DNA of 64,000 bases from Rhina ancylostomus. Its lineage: Eukaryota. Where the stretch lies: contig JARFYF010000007.1 of assembly GCA_030265395.1 (NCBI GenBank), positions 42,508,635 through 42,572,634 of the forward strand, written 5' to 3'. Shown here piece by piece: positions 1 through 12,639 of this stretch. Both the position numbers and the translations under genes were made by a program. Positions within the stretch are counted from its first letter, which is position 1; every line of letters starts with the position of its first letter. The notes beneath the pieces were generated by a model. It was not told the origin of the DNA. It ran no database searches and saw only the letters and a list, made by a program, of their open reading frames with translations.

Positions 1-447
1 AAAGTGAAAAATTGTGACCCTAAAACTGACCCCTGCAAAATTCCACTAGTCACTGGCAGTGTCCCCTTTATCCCCACCCTCTAACTTCTGCCAGTCAGCC
101 TATCTTCTATCCATGCTCGTACCTTGCCTCCAATACCATGGGCTCTTGCCTTGTTTAGCAACCTCATGTCTGGCACCTTGTCAAATGCCTTCTGGAAATC
201 CAAATAAATAACATAAACCAACTCTCCTTTATCTAACCTGCTTGTTACCTCTTCAAAGAATTCTAAGAGATTTGTCAGGCAAGATCTCCCCTTAACGAAA
301 CCATGCTGACTTCGCCCTAATGTATCACGTACTTCCAAGTAATCCAAAATTTCACCTTTAAAATGGACTCTAAAACCTTACTAACCACTGAGGTCAAGCT
401 AACCAGCCTATAATTTCCTGTCTTTTGCCTCCCTCCCTCCTTAAACA
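1..447 (-). mobile_element. CR1-clade LINE, reverse transcriptase fragment
   Basis: ORF 81-347 encodes SQHGFVKGRSCLTNLLEFFEEVT...YLDFQKAFDKVP, the typical CR1 RT motifs. Confidence 0.9.
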
Positions 448-3400
448 AGCACGCATTTTGTCATATGACAAAAGCTCTAAAACAAAGCAATGTTTTTTTC
501 CATTTTGCTCAAATTTACATACAAGGATGAGTTTAATGTAATTAGTGATTTAACTTCATTATTTCAGATTTTTCCAGAACCTTTTCAACTTGGATCCAAA
601 TAAAAATACAAATATAAAACTTAAAATCATGCTCATCACATGGATGATGGCAGAGGAACAAATAATGATATCATGATGCAGATCATAATATTTTCCTAAT
701 GTTGACTGCCCTGCTCTGTTTAATTTCCCAGTAACAGATTTTAAATGCCAGAAAACTTTCAGTATCAACCTTGGAATCTCTCTCAACAAGACAGCAAGCA
801 GCAACATTCAACCATTATATACCAGAGGCCAGGTTTTTCACATTTAGAAAAAGATTTTTATAAGAGGTATCAATGAATGTAGTTTTTTGATTCTTCAGTA
901 GAACTGAACCAACCTTAAACCAAGTTCTATGTGACAAAAAACTGGCCACTTAGAATTTGCCTATAATGATATCCATTTTCTCAGTAGCTGATAAGCCTGT
1001 ATATATCTAGTGAGGTAAATCTTGTGAAAGATAAAATTTGAAAATTAAGCCAATTTGTACACTCCAGTTCACTGAAATCTATGTAATTAGCCTTGGTGTT
1101 GTGAAACCAGAAACAAAGTAGAAATTGAAATCATTGTGCTCAGTTTTACTTTTAAATTATAGTTAGTTAGCTTTTGGTAAAATCTGTTGTTCTTTGATTT
1201 TTTTGTTTCATTTAATATTTTTTTAAAAATTGATTTTCCCAATTTGGAGAGTGAAGTAAATAGCTGAGCAGCACAATGAATTCTTAAATCATTTACTTCT
1301 CATCCACATCAAGTACTCGTAAGTGTAGTGCTGCTCACTCATTTAAAGTTCCTATGAGCGCAGTGCATTATAGTTGGTAGAGGAGATGATCAGTCTGCTC
1401 TGTAGCCCTTTGACACCAAAATCTAATTACTCTTTGATTAATAAGAAAACTATGGTAGAGTCTATAGTACTAAGAGTTTAGATGCTACTGTGTCAATTCC
1501 AGTATCAGGTGAGACACTTCATAACAAGCTATTATAATTCCCCCTAACGCAATAATAAATGCTTAAAAAAATCAGTAAAAGATCTTTTTTAAAACACTGA
1601 ACAAAAATGCATTTTTTAAAACTTTCATTTCATTTTATTGTTTGCATATGAATTACCAAAATATATTCAAAAGTACTGTAACTGAAATGGGCCTCTTTTG
1701 AATAAATATACTTGCCCTCTCGGCAGCCATTTGACTTCAGGCACCAACTAGTATCAAATGACTATCAGCTGACTAGACCGAAGTAGGCTACATAAATTAA
1801 AAGTTAATTCCCTGATTATCTGTATCAAAATAAATTATCTTTAAAATCTTCAAGAATATTTAAAAATATTCCATTATTCAATTTTCCTCTTTTTATTATC
1901 TTTAGAGTCATTATAAACTGCCTTACTTCATTAATTTGCCACTGTATCTTTAATCAATGAGGGAGGGCTGCTTATTGGAAATTGCTGCCATAAATGCCAC
2001 AGTTAAATGAAAACTGATAGAAATCCATATTCTTGCAAATGCTACTAAAAGAATTTGGATTCCAACTTAGAAATAAGCTGACAGGCATCTGCTTCATAAA
2101 TCTGTAAACCAGAGTTTGGATGTGAAGAAGAATGATCACCCAAATTCAATACTTAAGGAGAGAGAACTTCATCCAGATTACCTTCAACCAACACAGATAG
2201 GCAGAGCAAGCATGCACATTTTTCTACATTGCATGCTTCTCCAAAGTGCAGACAATCATAAACAGAACTCTTGTCCTTGCAACAACCTGCCCTTGTAATT
2301 TCCTGCCAGGAACACTGGGTTGTGGCCATAAAAGGTTCCTGTGGTCCTCGTGCACAAAAAACTTGCTTCTTGCATGCACCATGAAGACAGTCTCCCTCTA
2401 TCCCCTCCCCACGTCTCCTATCATTGCACCATCCATTCAGTCTCCTGGAGCTGGTGTTGCTTGTATGCGGTATGTCCTTTAGGGAAAGGATTACAAAGAT
2501 CAGACGTGTTGGGCTACATGCTGACAGCCAAGCAATATATCATAATGCTTTATACAGAAAATCCAACAATGCCAGTATTAATGCTTTCATAAACATTGCT
2601 AAGGTGATCTATAATCATGTTTTTAAGCTAAAAGAAATTGTGAAGCAATTTCTGGTGCTATGCTTTCGATACAAGCATTGCTTGCCTCATGAGAATGGAG
2701 GCATGCATTATGGGAAGTGAGTAAGTTTTGTGCCTTCACTGAAATCTCTCACTTCCACAGACACAAACATAGATCATTCTGGAGTTGATGGGTAACCATG
2801 TAGAAAACTGTAGATATGCATCCATAACTTATTTATCCTTCTTGCAGCACAACCAGGTAACATTTTTAAGATTAACATGCAGACAGCTGTCATAAAAATT
2901 TACATGCAAATGATGAAGCTAACTTTCTCATTAAATGCTGATCAATCTAGTGTGCATTTTTTGAATTGATTGTTATTTTACAAAAAATTCAGGTGCTTTG
3001 ACAAAATGCATAGAATACAAGGTTAGAAAAGTTGTACACTATTATGATGAAAACATTAATAGGGATAGAAAGTCATTCACAGTTCAGTTTTTTTGAGGAG
3101 TTGGTTCCCATTTGTACATACTTTCAAAGATGATTCACAATGAGGGCAACATAATGTGGCTCCCTCAATCTGCAGGAGCAATGAATTGCATTTCCATCTT
3201 GTGTGCAGCATGCAGAGCTTACAACACTGCTGCCTTGATGTCAAGGTGCATTTGGTGACCAGCCTGTCACATTGCATTTACAATTAATATGTGGCATGGG
3301 TTAAACACAATAAATTAGATTTAACAAGCAGGAAAAAGTCTGAAAACCCATGTTATTTAAAGGAATTCTTAATTACATTCGGGCTTATTCAGGATTCAAC

Positions 3401-4130
3401 TGTCTTGCTTGAATGGACTGTAGTTTGGAGCTGCTGGAATCACAGAATCTTTTCACCTTTTACTGAAATTAAGTCTGTCTTGGTTTTGTGAACAGCATGG
3501 ATGCTTTTGTAGTGGACCTGCTGAGTCTCTGTTGAGTCTAAGGAAAGAGCCTTAAAGCAAGGCTTCTTTGCCCACATAAAAGGCCATAGGAGAAAGGGTT
3601 CAGGCCAGCAAGGTGTATCTGGAGACAACATTTGTTAAAGCAGGAAACAAACTGGTAGAGGAAGTGGGCCAGGTAGCATTGGTGAAGGCAGGAGGAAAGT
3701 TGACATTTTGGGTTGAGTCCTGATTTTTAGGCCCTGCTATAGACCCTGATTTTTTTAATCCTCTGGTATCACATTTGCAAAATACAGCAGCATAGCAGTT
3801 AACTTGTTGACCCTTAACTGTCCTGTGATAGTGACTGTGCAAGCTACTCAACTCGGACAATATGCTGGCCTAGCTATTAATGTCCAAACCCACTGAAAGT
3901 TTTTTTAAAGACCAAATGGAGCTTTTGGTCTGTGGAAAGAATGGTCTGATGTAAGGATACATAAATGCCGTTCACGGTAGAAGCTGGGCCTTTTGGGCTC
4001 GAAGTTCACTCCAAGATCCTTCTAACTTCATAAGTTACTAGATACTCAGATCTCAAGTTCACCGATGTGGGAAATTGATGGTGTTGGCAATGGTACGGAT
4101 ATTTGATCTGAAGCACATCTCAGGACAAAG

Positions 4131-4190
4131 ATCAGATTCATGTTTATTATAACTGACATATGTCGTGAAATTTGCTGTTTTGTGGCAACA
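4131..4190 (-). repeat. LINE 3' tail fragment (Rex1-type)
   Basis: Reverse complement matches the tail at 38360-38430 (aaatttcacgacatat...aataaac...tctgat). Confidence 0.55.
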
Positions 4191-4648
4191 AGATGAAAGA
4201 GAGACGGTCAAACAGAGGGACAGAGTCAGTCCCAGGGAACAAGTTGTAGAGGGAACCAACGCCAATGGGTTTGGCCTTCTCTACATTTAATTGGGGTAAT
4301 GTTCTGTTCTGTTTGTTGAATGGTTAAGGGACTGCACAAATGTTTATAAAGGTCGCTCCAAGCGCACCACAGCGAAAATAATAGTTAATAGGGCAGTGTG
4401 TCCGCCAATTTCCGAATGATTACTAGATTCACGAACTCAAGAACAATTTACAGTGCTCTTTTTCGTTAAAGGCTGTGTGATTTCCCCCAACAATAAAACT
4501 GAACTAAACATATGATAAGATAAAGCCATTACCAGGTGTCACCTCGCACTCCAACAGCCCAAGGCGGCTGGTCTTGCAGTGACTGGGCTCCGCCGCCAGG
4601 AGCCGCTGTCGGCCGCAATGGACGGTTACTCTTGGGATGAGACTGGTC

Positions 4649-4658
4649 GACCAATCAG
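4649..4658 (+). promoter_or_regulatory. NF-Y CCAAT box
   Basis: GACCAATCAG fits the NF-Y consensus RRCCAATSR and lies inside the CpG island. Confidence 0.6.
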
Positions 4659-4670
4659 GTTTCGCCTTGC

Positions 4671-4685
4671 GTTGCCCTTGGTTAC
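4671..4685. promoter_or_regulatory. RFX X-box
   Basis: GTTGCCCTTGGTTAC; its reverse complement GTAACC-AAG-GGCAAC matches GTNRCC(N0-3)RGYAAC exactly. Confidence 0.7.
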
Positions 4686-4752
4686 CGCATCGGCTGCGGC
4701 CCCAAATAAACTGAGCGCAGGAGCGAAGGCCGGGACCCGGAATTTGCTGGAG

Positions 4753-4782
4753 TGCTGCTGCTGCTGATGATGATGATGATGC
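4753..4782. repeat. Compound microsatellite (TGC)4(TGA)5TGC
   Basis: Read directly from the sequence. Confidence 0.95.
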
Positions 4783-5147
4783 TCGGCGCTGGGATCCTCA
4801 CAGAGAGTGAAGTTTGGGCAGGTCGGTCGGCGGGCCACAGTTGTGGTCCTGGCTCAGTTAATTTCAAGCTATGGGCCACCGAGAGCTGCGGACCGCTGGT
4901 TCGGTGCACCTTGTATCGCTGTTCTATCGCCTTGTTTTTATTGCAGCTGATGGTTCACCCCCAGCGTGACAAGCTGACCCGAATCGGTGTGGGCAGCAGC
5001 AAGCAGGGGGTAGGAGTTGATGTGGTTCCTGGGACAGGAAGACTGTCAACAGTCAGGTCACACAGGTCGTGGTACTCGTTGCATTTTTGTAATAGCCCCT
5101 CCTGAGGTAGATTTAAATGCTGGAGGCATGTTGTTTCTCTTCAAGTG

Positions 5148-6628
5148 AATAACTGGCAGAAAAGTGGCAAGTGGAGTTTAAACCACAGAAGTGAGGCAAA
5201 CATTTGGGAGATGCAACTTTGCAAAGGAATGTGAAATAAGTGGAGGGATATAAATGATGGTAATACCAATGAATCTTGGAGTGGATTGTTCAGAGATAAT
5301 TTAAAAGTGCGAAAATAGGTCTATGAGTTATTATTAACGTTTTATTAGTTGGAGCATAGAATACAGGAGGGTGGAAGTTATATTGGAACTATATGCAATA
5401 TTAATTAGACCTTCAGTACTGCATACAGTTTTGGTCACATTGCAGGAAAGATGTGATTGCACAGTGTTGTCAGGACTAGAGTATTGTATCCACAAGAATA
5501 GACTGTGTAGGTCAGGGTTGCTTTCTTTATTGCCAAAAAAGGTCTACAGCAGATGCTATCTCCTGGCCCTATACTCAGCTCTGGAGCATCTGGACAGTAA
5601 AGACATGTACGTTAGACTATTGTTTATTGACTATAGCTCTGCCTTCAATACAATAATCCCAAGTAAACTTGTCACGAAGCTCCAAGACCTAGGATTCAAC
5701 ACCTCTCTCTGTAACTGGATCCTTGACTTTCTAACAAACAGACCGCAATCAGTGAGGATAGGCAGCAAAACCTCTGGCACGATTAATCTCGACACTGGTA
5801 CCCCACAAGGCTGTTCTTCGCCTACTCTATTCCCTATTCACTCATGACTGTGTGGCCAGATTCTGCTCTAACTCCATCTGCAAGTTTGCAGATGATACCA
5901 CCATAGTAGGCTGTATCTCAAACANNNNNNNNNNNNNNNNNNNNNNNNNNNNNNNNNNNNNNNNNNNNNNNNNNNNNNNNNNNNNNNNNNNNNNNNNNNN
6001 NNNNNNNNNNNNNNNNNNNNNNNNCACTTTCTCTGTAGCTGTGACATTTTACTCTGTACTGTTATTGTTTTTACCTGTACTACCTCAATGCACTCTGTAC
6101 TGGCTCAATGTAACTGCATTGTGTAATGAATTGATCTGTACGATCAGTTTGTAACACAAGCTTTTCACTGTACCTTGAAATAAGTGACAATAATAAACCA
6201 ATACCAAATGTGGCTGAGGGGAGATTTAACTGAAATGCTTGGAGAGAGTAAGTAGGATAGCCAATTTTCTTTGGCAAAGAACTCAAACCAGTGGTCAAAA
6301 ACTTAAAGTAATTAATAGTGGAGAAATGAGGATATTTTAAACCCTGGTGAATGGTAGAAGTCTGGACTTGTTTCTTGTACTTTCTTACAATAAAGGAGTG
6401 CATTTGTGTCAGAGGAGGAGTACAATATGTTTGCTCTCAGTTGTATGAAAAATTAGGAGAGGTAGAAAGATTCATTGCATTTCAAAAAGTACTTTGATTT
6501 GTATTTCAATTGTTCTGAGCTGTTGGGCTATGGATCTGGAAACTGGAGGATGGGATGAGGTTGGGTAGATTCTTAAATTGGCACTGACAAAATGGGCTAA
6601 ATGGCCTGTTGTATATTTTCTGTGATTC
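5148..6628 (+). mobile_element. Degenerate CR1 LINE 3' part, interrupted by a Rex1-like insertion
   Basis: CR1-like text on both sides of the insert: aagtggcaagtggagtttaa...cagttttggtcac before it; ggctgaggggagatttaa...aatgggctaaatggcct after it. Confidence 0.7.
5543..6208 (+). mobile_element. Rex1/Babar-clade LINE, RT fragment plus 3' tail (internal gap)
   Basis: [30 protein letters not shown]...GTPQG and KFADDTT; the tail ends aataataaaccaataccaa. Confidence 0.85.
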
Positions 6629-8287
6629 AGAAGCATTACAGCTGCAACAGTGGTGCTCTTTGCAAGAGTGCATTTGTAATGACACCACCTTCGGTTGAAC
6701 CATTAAAGGACTGATTAATTAGGTCGAAAGTTAAAGCAGCAAGAAGCCTGCAGATGTTCAAATCTTTTGTTTGTGAGCTGCAGAAGACTTTGTGCTAAGA
6801 AATGCAAACAATATTTAAAAAAGAGCATGTGAATTCTTCCAGTGCCTTAGACTGAATTTGTCAACCAATGTCAATAAAAGTAGATTATCTAATCATTGCT
6901 TTCTGTGGGACTTTGGTATATGGTATGATGTCTTGTTATTTGATTACATCAGTAGTGTATTCATATGACTGGGCCTAATGGGCCTCAATTCATGCAGAAG
7001 TATGAACTGTCAGATAAATCTAACTAATAAATTGTATCATAGTAAATCATTTTTCAAAATTAATTTTTTTGTATTAAGTATTGTTGCGAACCTCCATTAA
7101 CAAGGGAGTAGTTTCAACTCAGAAATCTAAAAACACCTAGAGTCTAAAAGGATATGATAGACTGCAGCCTTTTATTTTGGTTAGTGGTGATTCACTAGAA
7201 TTGCTAAAACACTGCTCAAGAATTACTTGTTAAATATTTCACTTCGTACATTAAGACCTGATATTGACAGTTTAGCACTACAAGAAAAGTTTTCAGCTGG
7301 AATATTTAAATCCATTAACTGAACCTCAACGTCATCCTTGTACCTAATTCTGTTAGTGAATTAAAGGATAATGAGCTGCAAGACTCTTGTGTATATTGAA
7401 TGTAAATAGGTCAATTACTGAAGATAGTCCTATTGCAGGGCATTGGGTGCCACATACTTTGCATTTCTAGGTGGATTTACTGTCCACACCAACAAGACTT
7501 GTTATTGGTATCCCATTTGAATCTGGGAAGGACGTCTCACCCATGATAAAAGATTTCATTGGTTCTGGTGATCTGTTCTTCCAAAACTACCATTAAAAGT
7601 TTAATGTAATACTATTCATTCATGTACAATGAAACTAATCAGGAAGAAAGATTAGTGGGTTTATTCCATCAACCCTAAATGACTTCCCCCCCCTTAACAT
7701 TACATCAATTTTTTTTTGCTACAACATTCCAATGGAGCAGTTTGTGAATCCTTTTTCTCCTCTGCTCTTTCATATCATGGACAATCTGACCTGTAAACAT
7801 TAGCTTAATGTGAATCATATGCCAAGGTTTAATAATATGCTCAACATGTAACATTGTAGTGAGAAGAGTTTTTTAAAAAAGTGTTACAGTAACAGCAGAA
7901 AGAAATGGAATGAAGTGTGCTAGTATGACAGGAGGATGAAAGCCAGTGATTGTACAAGGAAAGTTCTGTATTTGTAGAGTGATGGGGATAAAAGTAGTTG
8001 AGAGATAATATAAAAATCATGTATTAGGTGCCTTTCTCATATTCCTGTTTCTTTTTATATTGCAGTCAGTTTTGTGTTGGGGAAACCAATCATTTTAATA
8101 AGCATTTCTTTCTAATGAATCAAGTAGTTAACAAGTACAAATGTATGTCAAGACATAGCAGTTGACTGTTCCTGCACCACATTTTTGAATGACACAAGCT
8201 TATGCCACTATGACTTGTAGAAGTAGTTTATAAATTGACATTATTATTTTGAAAATGTATTACAGCACTAATCTTCTTGAAGTGAAA

Positions 8288-8364
8288 ATGGCAAAAAAAA
8301 AGAGAGACAACAGAGGAAGTAATGAAGATAAAATGACTTTGGCAGAAGCTTTTCTGGGGTTTCG
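8288..8364 (+). CDS. CCDC83: CCDC83 coding exon 1 (MAKKKRDNRGSNEDKMTLAEAFLGF-R)
   Basis: ATG in aaaATGG context; donor CG|gtatgt, phase 2, compatible with the next exon; resembles the mammalian SEALLDYQ segment. Confidence 0.85.
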
Positions 8365-8734
8365 GTATGTATACATCATCAAGTTGTTCACATTATTTCA
8401 ATTTGAGACAGTCTTTGTTTGACGCATACTCTTAATGTTTCCTTTTTTGTTCTTGCCACATGCTGCCCTTGGTTGGTCTGATCTAACTCATTCTATCACA
8501 TTGAATTTATACACTCTGTAGATGAGACAGTCTCCCATTTGCCAACTGAATGAGTTAGAAATGGCAATAGCAACTGAACTGTACTAATTAATTTTTATTT
8601 CTCGAGTTTGCACCTTGAGACTGTAATGGGCAGGATATGTATTTCCCACAATACAATTCCGCTGTATTTAAAGTGGCACTGCACAGATAAAATTTGGAAG
8701 TCTTCTGGTTAACATGAAGCAGAAGCCCAGACGG

Positions 8735-9510
8735 CTGTGGGTGGTGAGGGAGGAGATTACTGAGCCTCTGACGATGATCTTTGCATCATCAGTGGAGATA
8801 GGAGAGGTTCCAGAAGATTGGAGGGTTGTGGATGTTGTTCCTTATTCAAGGAAGGGAGTAGAGATAGCCCAGGAAATTATAGACCAGTGAGTCTTACCTC
8901 AGTGGTTGGTAACCTGATGGAGAAAATCCTGAGAGGCAGGATTTATGAACATTTGGAGAGGTATAGTATGATTAGGAATAGTCAGCATGGCTTTGTCAAG
9001 GGNNNNNNNNNNNNNNNNNNNNNNNNNNNNNNNNNNNNNNNNNNNNNNNNNNNNNNNNNNNNNNNNNNNNNNNNNNNNNNNNNNNNNNNNNNNNNNNNNN
9101 NNAGTTCTGGTCACCTCACTACAGGAAGGATGTGGAAGCCATAGAAAGGGTGCAGAGGAGATTTACAAGGATGCTACCTGGAATGTGGTGTTTGCCTTAT
9201 GAAAGCAGGTTGAGGGAACTCGGCCTTTTCTCCTTAGAGCGAGGGAGGATGAGGGGGTGACCTGATAGAGGTATATAAGATGATGAGAGGCATTGATCGG
9301 GTAGATAGTCAGAGGCTTTCCCCCAGGGCTGAGAAGGTGCTGGGGAGTAGGTATAGAGGAGATGTCAGGGTAAGTTTTTTTTTACTCAAAGTGGTGAGTA
9401 CGTGGAATGGGCTTCTGGTAACAGTGGTGGAAGTGGATATGATAGGGACTTTTAAGAGACTTTTGCATAGGTACATGGAGCTGAGAAAAATAGAGGGCTA
9501 TTGGTAAGCA
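8735..9510 (+). mobile_element. CR1 LINE, RT to 3' end (internal gap)
   Basis: PGNYRPVSLTSVVG...SQHGFVK before the gap; after it, CR1 3' end text (ttctggtcacctcactacaggaaggatgtgg; MRGIDRVDSQRL). Confidence 0.9.
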
Positions 9511-9906
9511 GTTTGTATTGAAGGTACTCCCATAGTGTGTTTGGGAAGGTCATTCCAGTTTTTGGATCCACCACCATAAAGGAAAGAATATTTGCATCTA
9601 GGTTTGGCTAGTATGGAACTTGGATGCACAGTGGGAAGTGGAGGAATTTCCAAATATGCTGCTTTCATCTTTCTGGATAAGAGTTTGTCAGTTTGAAGCC
9701 TTTGAACATGAAAGGTCTAAGATGAACTTTGTATGAAGCCTTCTGGAGTGCTCCTGGGGAATTTGGTACAGACCAGTGTGACCCTCATTATGATTACACA
9801 CTTGGCACACATTAAAAGATGCATATCCCTTGCAATTTATGAAAACTTGTGGAACCTGTGAAAGTGCATAAATTGCCTGGAGAGTAAACAGAAGGAACCT
9901 TTACCT

Positions 9907-10146
9907 TGTAGCCATTCATGGCGCGGGTCAGTAAAGGAAGACTCTGAGTCGAGACGCTCAGTCGAAGCACACTTTACTGAATGAAATGAAAGGAGCACGC
10001 GCATGTAGAAACACCAGAGAGGCCTTGTGCCGGCCGTGATGTCAAGGTCCTGCTGGAAGGCCCCCCCTGCACGCTGCTCACAACACGCTCCCACATGACC
10101 ATCTGCGACCGCCGATGGAGGTTCAATTCCTGCCCACCCGGCTCGC
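9907..10146. mobile_element. CpG-rich LTR-like fragment truncated by a gap
   Basis: Abrupt start at TGTAGCC and high CpG content; runs into an N gap, so no second end or TSD is visible. Confidence 0.45.
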
Positions 10147-11620
10147 NNNNNNNNNNNNNNNNNNNNNNNNNNNNNNNNNNNNNNNNNNNNNNNNNNNNNN
10201 NNNNNNNNNNNNNNNNNNNNNNNNNNNNNNNNNNNNNNNAGAGTGAAGCTCCTAACTGTGGTTCTGAAATCAACTCTGCAGCAACTAGTTGCCTCTTTTA
10301 AAGAAATACATCATGGATGGAGTGCAGTTAGCTGTCATTCTACAAGAGACTATGATATAGAAAGCATTGAAGAAAAGCACCATACAAACAGTGGTCCTCC
10401 AAAGAATTAGTTTCTATGCCTGGTGGCCTTGATGGAGTGATTGAACAGTAGGAGTAATGTTCTGTATCCAAGTTTTTGGCCTGGGGACCAAATAGCCTTG
10501 GTGGTCACTGTGCATGGACCTGGCTGCAGTGTTGTAAGTAATCAAAGCTGGTAAATATATCTGTAAATGCCATATCCTACCAACTGCATTCTTGGTTTCA
10601 GTCACTGTTCAATTTACCATGGCCCTCAAAGTTCACCTATCAACAATATCTAGCATCTATACCTACTATCACATCCTCATTTGGCTTCACTACAAGTCTC
10701 ACACATATCTCTCATTTTTTGCACATACTGCCATCTGTTTAATTATGAAGCCACATCATCCAAACAAGCTGCAAGATGGTCACTGACATAATTCTCTCCC
10801 TCTTACAAGGTGGCACAAAGCTGTAGGCAGTAGGAGCCAGGGGCTAGAATAAGGGATCCTGTATATCAACATTATTTGAAGACAAGTGCTAAGATGTTTG
10901 TTACTAAGGCCTTAACTAGCACATTCCCCTCACCCATGCTGCTTTCTGGTTTTATAGTACTGACACAGTGAGGATGCATCTCCCACTTTGCCCTTCCCAT
11001 CTGAAAATTGTCCTTCACCCTTAATCATTTCAGATGCTATGTACTGCAATTTATCCAGGAAATGTAGACATTGTGTTGATTAAGATCAAATGTTCCATGA
11101 TTCATTCATAACCATCATCCTGCATATTGACATTGTACATAATTTTGAGGTTAGTAGAGAAGTGGGATCTGCATACACTGAAATCCTCAGGATGAGTGGC
11201 CTGCATTCAAGATAGGGGACAGGGATGGGACAGGGATAGCACAGGTGCCAGCTCTCTGGAGGATGAGGCTGCACAGTAGTTCTGCTACAGGAAATTTGAT
11301 GTACTCACAAATGAAATGCATGGTGCATTGAGAAGTCTGCAAAGAAACCTGATTCCAGTGCTATCGAGTCCAGTGACAACATGGCAGTGCTTTGTGCAGA
11401 ATTTAGTCTATTCTGTCCAGCATTGGCCAGCACATTTTCAGCACATGTAAATCTGACCATGATGCAGCATCTGATGGGTAATGCTGCAGCCAACCAAACA
11501 CTCAGAACTCGACTGAAAGCTTCCACATGAGCACTTGTCCATGCATTCTCAGTCAGTTGCCATCATTATTGTGCCAAGGAGATAGCAGGTTGGCACTAGC
11601 CCAGCAATCTCAATAGATAC

Positions 11621-11945
11621 CAATAAAATTTAAACAATCTGGCACTCAAGACTTGGGTGGTACTAATGTGGTAGATTTTCCACTCTATTAGATTTTACTT
11701 CAATTGATGCCTAACACACTTTTAACTTGTTCTTTTTATATTTTACATTGCGGTATAATTAATGTTCTAGTGAACCACTAGGTGAATTTAAAGGGAGTTC
11801 TGGAAATGGGCCCCTAGTGGATCTGCAGGGAACGTGGGAAATAGGACCCAGTGAGTTTGAAGGGAGTGTGAGGAATAGAACTAGGTAAGCCAGATCCATC
11901 ACAATTTCCAAACAATTAGGTAGCAGATCGTCAGAGTTTTATAAT
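11621..11945 (-). mobile_element. Non-autonomous Tc1/mariner-like element, same family as 19317, 22593 and 39645
   Basis: Reverse complement shares blocks (ggttcact.gaacatt; aaaatc.aatag..ggaaaatct...accacc.aagtc) with the other copies. Confidence 0.55.
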
Positions 11946-12639
11946 AGTAGGATTGCTGAAATGCCACCCTGAGGAATGATATTGGTTCTGCAGAGCTCAA
12001 ACCTGCTGTCCTGTTTCAGAACAGTGTGCAATCATCTTTCTACCACTGCCAGTTTGTCTATTGCCAATGATGTTACTTGTCAATCCACTCAGCCAGTTCT
12101 GTTGCCAACCATGTCAAAATTTCCCAGTCTGCAGATGACCCTTCTAGGCCAAGAGCTACTCAAGGTTATCCTTTTAGAATGAAGATGCTGTAAAGGCTTT
12201 TCTACAAAAATTTGTGGCCTTGAAAGGAAATGCCATGCCATTACTTTCTATGACATTCCAAGTGGTGATGAAAATGGACCATCTGCAATACTCTTAACAT
12301 GGTAATGCATTTGACATGTCAGGCAATAGAAGAAATGATTTATTGCCTCCCCTCCATACCCCCTCCCCAACTCTTCCATTCCTGATTAGGATGGAGAACT
12401 ATTTTAGCCTATTTTCTAAAACCAGTTACTGAAAATGGCAGCACAGCCACAGATTACAAATTTTAATTGATGTTTGAGATGTTGTTTGAAAAATAGGTTA
12501 CAATGGAAAACAAACTGAATTGCAATTGCAGTAATCATAGGTCACAAAATTGCTATGAATAATTAATTTGCTTTGGTAGAGTATCATAGTGCAAAATGTT
12601 TTTAAAAGGCAACATTTCCTCGATTCTGGAAAACAGCAG

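Larger units (their letters stand above)
4350..5080. promoter_or_regulatory. CpG island, probable CCDC83 promoter and non-coding first exon
   Basis: Dense CpG, GC-rich stretch in an otherwise CpG-depleted window, ~3.5 kb upstream of the CCDC83 ATG. Candidate donor CAG|GTCGGT after 4821. Confidence 0.75.

Noticed and set aside
4752-5105. 117-aa ORF with poly-Leu/poly-Met, and overlapping poly-His/Gln ORFs on -
   Set aside because: By-products of the microsatellite and GC-rich island; no recognisable protein. Only the uAUG aspect was kept as a finding.
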